39,362 nt of DNA from positions 1 to 39,362 of IMG/VR virus record IMGVR_UViG_3300030376_000954. One strand, written 5' to 3'. The position numbers and the translations under genes are program-made. The notes under the pieces are model-generated. The model was not told where the DNA came from and ran no database searches. It worked only from the letters and a program-made list of their open reading frames with translations. Below, piece by piece: positions 32,981 through 39,362 of this stretch (position 1 is its first letter; every line of letters begins with the position of its first letter). This DNA comes from a virus. Taxonomy: Duplodnaviria; Caudoviricetes.

Positions 32981-33228
32981 TAGTAACTCACTGACCCTGT
33001 AGATGTTGGAATAGTCATCATCATTCGTTTACCGCCCAAAGATGTGGGTCCAAGACCTCGACGCTTTTTGGCTGCTGTGGTGGGTCGATTTCGCATCATG
33101 TTTTGCATGAACGCCATTGTCGGCGCACCAGTCAAGTCAATCTGACCCGGAGGGGGAGGGGGTGCTACTGGAGTTAAGGGGGTAGGAACAAAAAGTGGAC
33201 CACCGCCACCACCGCCGCCTATACACAT
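32980..33228 (-). CDS. Small virion protein (gp6.7/7.3-like)
   Basis: MCIGGGGGG start, Pro-rich, basic tail; immediately upstream of portal; AAGGAG RBS. Confidence 0.75.
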   Translation of the reverse strand: MCIGGGGGGGPLFVPTPLTPVAPPPPPGQIDLTGAPTMAFMQNMMRNRPTTAAKKRRGLGPTSLGGKRMMMTIPTSTGSVSY

Positions 33229-33240
33229 GGGAGACTCCTT

Positions 33241-33459
33241 TTACTCAATCTTGTTTTGATCGTCGAAGATTTGGTTTAAGAACCGAGCAACACTTCGCTG
33301 CCCCGACGCAAACCAAATTTCTTTTTCCGACCAAGACAGGTCTGCTGATCGTTCTGGGAAGCACTCATTCAAACGATGAATAAAAGCCTCAGAAAGCACG
33401 GGCCATGATTCAGATTGAAACTGAACAGGCACTTCTGGTTTATTTTGTGAATCGCTCAT
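33241..33459 (-). CDS. Conserved hypothetical protein upstream of portal
   Basis: L..CFPE...IWFASGQRSVARFL pattern that I recall from marine T7-like phages. Confidence 0.75.
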   Translation of the reverse strand: MSDSQNKPEVPVQFQSESWPVLSEAFIHRLNECFPERSADLSWSEKEIWFASGQRSVARFLNQIFDDQNKIE

Positions 33460-33800
33460 TCCGTAGAGGTGTCCTTATTAGTGCCCATAGAGTAGGCGTA
33501 CAGAAGTATAGAGTAGTTAACCAAATCAGTAATGGTATCTTCAAGTTTCTCATCCTCGACCTTGAATGTTCCAGTCTGGCTGAAAGTGATGAGTCTACTG
33601 AGTTTATCGGTCATTCGTACCAGAAAGCCCTGCTCTGTAGAGGTGATTCCTAACTTCTCTACCCTTGTGAAGTTGAGAAATGGATCATTTTGGTTGTCCC
33701 CGCCGCTATAGTCATGGTTTTTGCGTTCCATAAGACGTCTAGCCTTGTTACAGACCTCAGAATGGATTTGCAGTAGTTCAGCACGGTTTACGGTTGCCAT
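33456..33800 (-). CDS. Nucleotide modification-associated domain 1 (DUF1599/Nmad1)-like protein
   Basis: RKNHDYSG...F.NF...GFLVRMTDKLSRL...EDTITDLVNYSIL. Confidence 0.8.
   Translation of the reverse strand: MATVNRAELLQIHSEVCNKARRLMERKNHDYSGGDNQNDPFLNFTRVEKLGITSTEQGFLVRMTDKLSRLITFSQTGTFKVEDEKLEDTITDLVNYSILLYAYSMGTNKDTSTE
33460..33480 (-). promoter_or_regulatory. Putative phage RNAP late promoter (phi6.5-like position)
   Basis: TAATAAGGACACCTCTACGGA, 18/21 identical to the 9287 copy, at the replication/structural module boundary. Confidence 0.7.
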
Positions 33801-34519
33801 AGTATTGGCTCTCCAGTTCGCTCATTGTACTCGCCGGGGCGTAGGATTCGTGCCATGCGAGCCTGAAGGAGAGCGTAATCCTCTGTCTCACCAGCGTTTA
33901 GGTATGCGTCACGGACTGTTTCCCACGAGGAGCCATGCTCTTTGAGCAGGCGTTCAGCCGTCTTAGGCCCGACACCGGGACACCCCTTGTATCCGTCAGT
34001 CAGATCACCCATCATGGCTTGCTTGTAGAAGTTGAAATCCGCTTCTTTACTATCCACCCATGTTTCGCCCTCATCTGGCTTCATTGGGTTGTAGTGGTTG
34101 CCTTTGATGGTTCGCAGGTCTTTGTCGATGGTCACGATTGTTGAGTTTACATACGAGTCAGACAGGAGGCCAAGGACATCATCCGCCTCCAAATTTTCCC
34201 AGCAAACACACTCATAGACATCTTCACAGAACTCCCGGAGTTCGTAGTAAATGACCGGCTTTCGCTTTCTTTTGCGATGTTTTTTGTAGTCGGGTGATAG
34301 GTGTTTGCGGAAGTTCCGGCCCACATCACTCAAAGCAATGACCATATTGTCAGCCTTGAGCGTCTTCTTAAGTGCCGCGAGATTGGCGTTGAGTTTGCCC
34401 CTCGCTACCTTCATGTCGGCATGAAGCGTCCAGAAATCATCACCCCAGCAGATAGCCTCTTCCACTGAGGTGGTGACTTCATACAGGACTACATCTCCAT
34501 CAACCAGCAGGGTCTTCAT
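33788..34519 (-). CDS. 5'-3' exonuclease (T7 gp6-like)
   Basis: LLVDGD, NFRK...YKKHR, LEADDVLG, IDKDLRTI, GDLTDGYKGCPGVG, QARMARILR. Confidence 0.95.
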   Translation of the reverse strand: MKTLLVDGDVVLYEVTTSVEEAICWGDDFWTLHADMKVARGKLNANLAALKKTLKADNMVIALSDVGRNFRKHLSPDYKKHRKRKRKPVIYYELREFCEDVYECVCWENLEADDVLGLLSDSYVNSTIVTIDKDLRTIKGNHYNPMKPDEGETWVDSKEADFNFYKQAMMGDLTDGYKGCPGVGPKTAERLLKEHGSSWETVRDAYLNAGETEDYALLQARMARILRPGEYNERTGEPILWQP

Positions 34520-34736
34520 CTTCAGACAACGCTCCCCCCGCTTTGGATGCCAGTTTGCCAATCTCAATGAGACCGATGACTGCGTGGTAAGAACCAGCAA
34601 AAGCCACCGTAATGTCTTCACTGCTTCTGGTTCGATGCTCTGCCCCTAGAAACACCATCTCATCGAACCGAGATTGCAGTTCTTTGATCATGGCTTCTGA
34701 GGGTATGTCGAATAGTTCGTTGTCTTCAATACTCAT
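34500..34736 (-). CDS. Hypothetical protein
   Basis: 78-aa ORF, TAATG-coupled to the DNA polymerase gene. Confidence 0.7.
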   Translation of the reverse strand: MSIEDNELFDIPSEAMIKELQSRFDEMVFLGAEHRTRSSEDITVAFAGSYHAVIGLIEIGKLASKAGGALSEDEDPAG

Positions 34737-36448
34737 TAGTGTGTCTCAGCCCAATTGTACCCGATCTTGTACTCACCTGTTAGTGGACACTTGACACCAA
34801 GATCATCGCCTGCATCCTTCATGGCATCCACCGCCAACTTGCCAACCTCATCGCCCTGACTTTCACGGCACTCAATCTGCATCTCGTCATGCACATGAGC
34901 CACCTGTCTGGCTTTGATGTCCGGCATGTGACTGATGTAGTTCCACAGGTTGACTGTGGCTTTCTTCATGGCGATTGATCCAGCAGACTGGAGTAGAAGG
35001 TTCAAGGCAGAATGCTCTGACCTGATCTTCAACTTCCGTCCGTCAAGGGCCACCAGATGCGGGCGTTGCCGAACCGCAGTCTTGATGGCTTGCTGTAGTT
35101 TTTGAATGCCGGGCATTCTCTGAAGAAACTGTTTCTTGATGCGGCGACCAGCAGTACGACCACCGCCAACAATGGAACCAATCTTTTCATCACCAGCCCC
35201 GTACAAGAAGGCGTAGATAAAGGTCTTGGCTTGGTTGCGAGTCTCAAGTCCCGCTGCCTCTTGGTTTGCTGTGTGAATGTCGCCATCGAGAATCTCTGCT
35301 GTGTAGCGTCCTTGGTCATACGGATGAACATAGTGAGCCAGCATGCGTAGTTCTAACCCGCTCATATCCGCACCCACCAACACGTTTCCCGGCTCCACCG
35401 TGAAGAGTTCACGACACTCCTTACCCCACGGGGAGCCTACGCTCGGGACTTGAGCCATGTTGGGCTTGCTGTGTGTGCATCGCGTAGATACGCAACCACA
35501 CGGGTTTACAGAGCCATGAATCTTGCCCCCTTTCTCCAACTTGAGCCATGCGTTCTCCCCTTCAGCCAGTTGGCCCAGACGCTTGTTGACAAGCAAGTAT
35601 CTGGCAACCAACTTGGCCTCAGGGTAGTGGAGAGACGTTAGTACCGATTCATCTACTTTGGGTTGACCTGATTCAGTAAAGTCAGCCGGTTCCCACCCGT
35701 ATTTCTCAATCAGTCTCTCCGCGATTTGCTTTCTACTGCCGGGGTTGAACGGTACTTCTTTTGTCTTTGTCTTCAATTGGATGATTGCTGGCGGGAAGAC
35801 TTCTTGGAGTTGCTCTTTGATGCGGCATTTCTCATCGAGCAGCGTGGAGTGTAAGGCTCTAGCCCTTTCTCCGTCGAACACGAATCCGTCGATCTCTTGT
35901 GCGTGGATGATTGCCGCGAAGTCGTGTTCCAGTTGGGTGGGGCGGAAGTCAGGATCCTCCTCTTGAATCCGCTTCCAGAGAGCAGCGGTCACCGCTACGT
36001 CCTGCTTGCAGTACTCAGCCATCTCCGGCGTAAAGCACGACCAATCAGTGTCCTCACCAAAGTCACCTTTGTGGATGCCCAGTCTGACACCCCATGCTTT
36101 GAGTGAGTGACTACCCATGAGTTTACGAGGGAACTCAATTGCTTGGTGGTCAGTTGACATCAAATCCCCGAACAACAAGCGGCTCATTACCAGAGTGTCT
36201 CGAACTTCGCCTTGGTAGTTGAAGTCAGGGTACAGCCGTTTAAGGGCACGAAGATCGAACTTCATAATGTTGTGCCCGATCAGCATCTCTGCTTCTTGCA
36301 TGAGTTGCAGTGCGTCACCGTTCTCCATGATCTTCGGCTCTTCACCGTCGATGCTCATGGCGATGCAGTGGCAAGTTTTTAGACCACACAGTGTGTTGAA
36401 GTCCTTGATTGCATTCGTTTCAATGTCAAAGATTATTCTCTTCGGCAT
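34736..36448 (-). CDS. polA: Family A DNA polymerase with 3'-5' exonuclease (T7 gp5-like)
   Basis: FDIET, GHNIMKFD, YCKQDV, GADMSGLELR, AKTFIYAFLYGAG, HVHDE, NWAETH. Confidence 0.97.
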   Translation of the reverse strand: MPKRIIFDIETNAIKDFNTLCGLKTCHCIAMSIDGEEPKIMENGDALQLMQEAEMLIGHNIMKFDLRALKRLYPDFNYQGEVRDTLVMSRLLFGDLMSTDHQAIEFPRKLMGSHSLKAWGVRLGIHKGDFGEDTDWSCFTPEMAEYCKQDVAVTAALWKRIQEEDPDFRPTQLEHDFAAIIHAQEIDGFVFDGERARALHSTLLDEKCRIKEQLQEVFPPAIIQLKTKTKEVPFNPGSRKQIAERLIEKYGWEPADFTESGQPKVDESVLTSLHYPEAKLVARYLLVNKRLGQLAEGENAWLKLEKGGKIHGSVNPCGCVSTRCTHSKPNMAQVPSVGSPWGKECRELFTVEPGNVLVGADMSGLELRMLAHYVHPYDQGRYTAEILDGDIHTANQEAAGLETRNQAKTFIYAFLYGAGDEKIGSIVGGGRTAGRRIKKQFLQRMPGIQKLQQAIKTAVRQRPHLVALDGRKLKIRSEHSALNLLLQSAGSIAMKKATVNLWNYISHMPDIKARQVAHVHDEMQIECRESQGDEVGKLAVDAMKDAGDDLGVKCPLTGEYKIGYNWAETH

Positions 36449-36794
36449 ACTCCAAAATCTCCTTTACTTGTTCTCCGTATCCCATCTCAATCAGCAAGTC
36501 ACGAATTTCTGGAACTTGTACTAGACCCAACTTAAGCCGTGGAATCAGGCTGTACTTTTCGATTTGCTCCACACGTTGCCGAGCGATTGGTCGCCCCTCT
36601 TGCTCACCAATGTGTTGGGCAATCTTCGTGTAGGAATACGGCTCGCCTGTCCAAGGCATGTCACAGTACTCCGCACCTTTTGCTCCTTCCACATCTGTTC
36701 TTGATTTCATGTCAAGAGGAGCATGGAACTCCAGCCCCTTTCGGCAGCGGCTGAAGCCCATGTTCCTGATGCGTTCGTAACGTTTACTCGCCAT
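36426..36794 (-). CDS. Protein with sigma70 region-4-like helix-turn-helix
   Basis: PYSYTKIAQHIG...IARQRVEQIEK...RLK resembles TLEEIG...VTRERVRQIE.KAL.KL; GAGG RBS before ATG 36794. Confidence 0.6.
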   Translation of the reverse strand: MASKRYERIRNMGFSRCRKGLEFHAPLDMKSRTDVEGAKGAEYCDMPWTGEPYSYTKIAQHIGEQEGRPIARQRVEQIEKYSLIPRLKLGLVQVPEIRDLLIEMGYGEQVKEILEYAEENNL

Positions 36795-38379
36795 TTGGAA
36801 CCTCAACGATGTCGGGTGGAATCCACTCAAGCAGTCGCCCGTTGTCACGGTTGTACTCAAGAGTGCAAGACTCACCCGTGTCACCAGCATAACGATTTTT
36901 CAGGACACGCAAGGTCAGAAGGTTGGCGTTCGCATCGTCCTGCTGGTTCCGCTCGCAGCCGATCACCGCGTCAGAGAGTTGGGCGATGGCGTGAGAGCCA
37001 CGGAGTTGGGCAAGAGAAGTAGAACCACCCTCTTCGTGTGACCGGCCCTCTGGACGGCGGAGGTGCGAGATGAGGCACAGGTGAACACCAGTCTCCTCGA
37101 TCAGGCTCCGCAACTTGGTCATGGTGTTGTCGATCATCCGACGCTCGTCGCCTTCGCTCAAAGCAGACACCACGATGGAGAGGTGATCAATAAAGATGAA
37201 GTTGCAGTCCATCGCACGGGCCATGTACCGCACTTGATTGAGGAGGTTACTCGGATCAATAGATCCCCAGTGGTCATACATCACACACTTGCCGGAGCCA
37301 ACAGTGTTCTCAAAAGCCTCACGCTTCTTCTCAATGGTAATGCTTTCGTCCCACAGGTGCGGGGGCTTCGCCATGTGAATACCCATCAGACATTCGGATG
37401 TCTTACGGATGGATTCCTCAAGAGCAATGTATCCAACCTTCTCACCCACACCCATCAGGTGGTACGCAAGTTCACGGGCAACCGATGACTTACCAACACC
37501 CGTGCCTGCGGTCAGGGTCACCAACTCACCGCCACGCATGCCGAACAACTTCTCGTTGAGGCCAGACCACGGGTAAGACACAGACTTGGTGTTCTGCTCT
37601 GCTGTGATCAAATCCCAGCAATCTGTACCGTCAACCACACCGTCAGGTCGATACGTCTTGGCTCCGTAGATACCGTCAACGATTGCCTTAGAGTTGCCAT
37701 TCATCAACGCTTCGTTAGCGTCTTTGAATCCGAGTGATGTAACAATCTTGACCTTACCGGGACTTAGGACTGCCGCCGCCTCCTTAGCAGCCGCACGGCC
37801 CTGCTCATCTTGGTCAAAGCAGAGGACAACAGACTCAAAGGTTTCCAGCCAGTCGATGTTCTTGGCGATGAGTCGCTTGGCTGACTTGCATCCATTTGGA
37901 ACCGATACGCACGGGTATTTGAGTCCGAATGCTTGATTAACTGAGAGAGCATCCAATTCTCCTTCCGTGACAACCACCATCTTGCCTTCGTTCCGCCATA
38001 GGTGCGAACCATAGAGTCCAACTTTCGTCGTTTCTCCCAGCCATACAAAAGACTTGTCACGGAACCGAAGTTTCTGAGCAACAACATTGCCTTCACTGTC
38101 GCGGTAATTGGCAACGTGACAAGCCTGCCCGTTGAACTTACCAACTCCGTAATCCCACTTCTTACATGTATCTTCATCTAGTTTTCTCTGCTTGAGATCC
38201 TTGATCTCGTAGTCAATTAAGTTTGCCACTTTAGGTTTCTCCACTAATTGTTTTTCCTGCCCGTCTGCATGTTCGTAGTACTCGCAGCCAAAGCAGTAGG
38301 CATGCCCATCATCGTAACGGGCCAGATTATCCTTACTCCCACACTTGGGACAAGGCTCGTGTCTCAGGAATTCGCTCAA
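36784..38379 (-). CDS. Primase/helicase (T7 gp4-like)
   Basis: CPKCGS..YCFGC zinc finger, TEGELDA and FDQDEQG TOPRIM, AGTGVGKS Walker A, LRGS.AIAQLSD, LKNRYAGDTG. Confidence 0.97.
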   Translation of the reverse strand: MSEFLRHEPCPKCGSKDNLARYDDGHAYCFGCEYYEHADGQEKQLVEKPKVANLIDYEIKDLKQRKLDEDTCKKWDYGVGKFNGQACHVANYRDSEGNVVAQKLRFRDKSFVWLGETTKVGLYGSHLWRNEGKMVVVTEGELDALSVNQAFGLKYPCVSVPNGCKSAKRLIAKNIDWLETFESVVLCFDQDEQGRAAAKEAAAVLSPGKVKIVTSLGFKDANEALMNGNSKAIVDGIYGAKTYRPDGVVDGTDCWDLITAEQNTKSVSYPWSGLNEKLFGMRGGELVTLTAGTGVGKSSVARELAYHLMGVGEKVGYIALEESIRKTSECLMGIHMAKPPHLWDESITIEKKREAFENTVGSGKCVMYDHWGSIDPSNLLNQVRYMARAMDCNFIFIDHLSIVVSALSEGDERRMIDNTMTKLRSLIEETGVHLCLISHLRRPEGRSHEEGGSTSLAQLRGSHAIAQLSDAVIGCERNQQDDANANLLTLRVLKNRYAGDTGESCTLEYNRDNGRLLEWIPPDIVEVPNGE

Positions 38380-38803
38380 CCTCTTTCACTCCAATCAGGA
38401 TACCGGGGGTTTCCCCGTATTGCTTCGTGGTGACCGAACAGATGATTTGATCATCGTCGTACCACAAGAACCGATTGAACGAGTCGAGGGTCTTGAAGAA
38501 GTTGTCAACGTCACCACGGGGGGCCAATCTATTTGTCTTCTTGGGAGAAGGCAAGTAAAAACTGGCGAACATTGTCAGCCACCCACTGAGGGGGAACAAG
38601 TCAGGTAGTGTCGAAGCATCCTTCAAAGTCTCCACTTGTTTTCGGAATGCTGTGTATCTCTTTCCGTAGTAGACCCTGCCCTGCCTCGTGACACGGGGTC
38701 TTGAGGCAGGGACAGGTTCCACTGGTATCCAGACAAGATAGGAGCCGTCTGGACGAGGAAGAAAGGATACTTGATCAGAAGGGGATGTCGTCGTTGGCAA
38801 CAT
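38333..38803 (-). CDS. rusA: RusA-family Holliday junction resolvase
   Basis: PVPASRPRV...PRGDVDNFFKTLDSFN..LWYDDDQI RusA signature; ATG 38803 with GGAG overlaps the SSB end and is conserved in both alleles. Confidence 0.85.
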   Translation of the reverse strand: MLPTTTSPSDQVSFLPRPDGSYLVWIPVEPVPASRPRVTRQGRVYYGKRYTAFRKQVETLKDASTLPDLFPLSGWLTMFASFYLPSPKKTNRLAPRGDVDNFFKTLDSFNRFLWYDDDQIICSVTTKQYGETPGILIGVKEVERIPETRALSQVWE

Positions 38804-39362
38804 TCGGGGTCTCCGTAGTTGCCGAATCATACCCTTCTTCTTCACCAAAGCCATGTGCAGTTGCGTCACCAGTTTTCCCAGTGAACTCAACAAGGTCGAT
38901 GACCTGCACAGCCTTGAGTCGGAGTGAGACACCCAGACCAGCCAAAGCGGTGTGGTAAGGAATAATCTCGCATGCAACCTTGATCTTGCTGCCGCCGCCG
39001 ATGATTTCATCAGACTTCATTGGCTTGGCTTTTGAATCGAACAAGGCTGGTTTTTGGTCCCAAGTCTCAGAGCCTTTGCCGCCCTTTGCCTTGAGTTTGA
39101 ATTTGACCACTCGCTTGTTTGAATCCTCGTCGTGATCTTGGACGGGACTCGCACCTTCCTTGAACTTGGTGTTGGGCTTTTGTGATCGAATCTCTTCAGC
39201 CAGTTCATTCTTGGCTGATTCAATCAGGTTCTCCAACTCTTCTGCATCAGAAGAATCAAGGATCAGTTGAGTGGTGTACACCCCGTCTTCGTCGAACTTG
39301 GTGTCCGGCTCACTGAGGTGCGGGTAACGGGCAACGCCCACGCTGGTTGTGTACTTGGTTCG
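38775..39362 (-). CDS. ssb: gp2.5-like SSB, allele B (5' end cut by window edge)
   Basis: Colinear with 95..694, about 31 substitutions in ~187 aa by manual count; ends DDIPF. Confidence 0.9.
   Translation of the reverse strand, partial: RTKYTTSVGVARYPHLSEPDTKFDEDGVYTTQLILDSSDAEELENLIESAKNELAEEIRSQKPNTKFKEGASPVQDHDEDSNKRVVKFKLKAKGGKGSETWDQKPALFDSKAKPMKSDEIIGGGSKIKVACEIIPYHTALAGLGVSLRLKAVQVIDLVEFTGKTGDATAHGFGEEEGYDSATTETPNVANDDIPF

Noticed and set aside
38760-38803. Programmed frameshift fusing SSB to RusA
   Set aside because: An ATG with a GGAG RBS is conserved in both alleles and explains RusA initiation
272-38958. Plus-strand ORFs in the six-frame track (e.g. 272..727, 4390..4881, 24710..25309, 27206..27802)
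   Set aside because: Antisense shadows of well-supported minus-strand genes with no recognisable motifs
38681-39362. T7-type direct terminal repeat
   Set aside because: Copies are divergent and lie in the middle of the replication module; true ends are expected near 8.2 kb
1-39362. Integrase, tRNA genes, DNA ligase, gp3.5 amidase, auxiliary metabolic genes
   Set aside because: No supporting motifs seen by eye; tRNAscan and HMM searches are needed to exclude them formally

Overview
Essentially complete, circularly permuted genome (unit length about 38,680 bp) of a T7-like podovirus (Autographiviridae-like), probably aquatic and infecting a Gram-negative host. All credible genes are on the minus strand. 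Biological order: probable genome end (~8.2 kb) -> host-RNAP-transcribed early genes (8023->3215) -> single-subunit RNA polymerase -> SSB -> RusA resolvase -> primase/helicase -> sigma-region-4-like HTH protein -> DNA polymerase A -> exonuclease -> portal, scaffold, small basic proteins, lysis cassette, capsid, tail, internal virion proteins, tail fibre, terminase, HNH. The most striking unexplained feature is ten copies of a 16-bp palindrome (TCTGGGACGTCCCAGA) confined to the early region (3.1-8.1 kb). Four lie inside genes (always read as SGTSQ), three lie right after stop codons, and two flank a terminator and cover the -35 position of a putative promoter for the RNAP gene. Candidate DNA-binding proteins are encoded in the same region. 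Also seen: a polarised octamer (AGCGACCG x7), a second operator-like pair near the genome end, a candidate phage promoter (TAATARGGACACCTMTAYGGA x2), and two divergent SSB alleles at the contig ends (likely strain variation or assembly). Family assignments come from motif recognition by eye; no searches were run.
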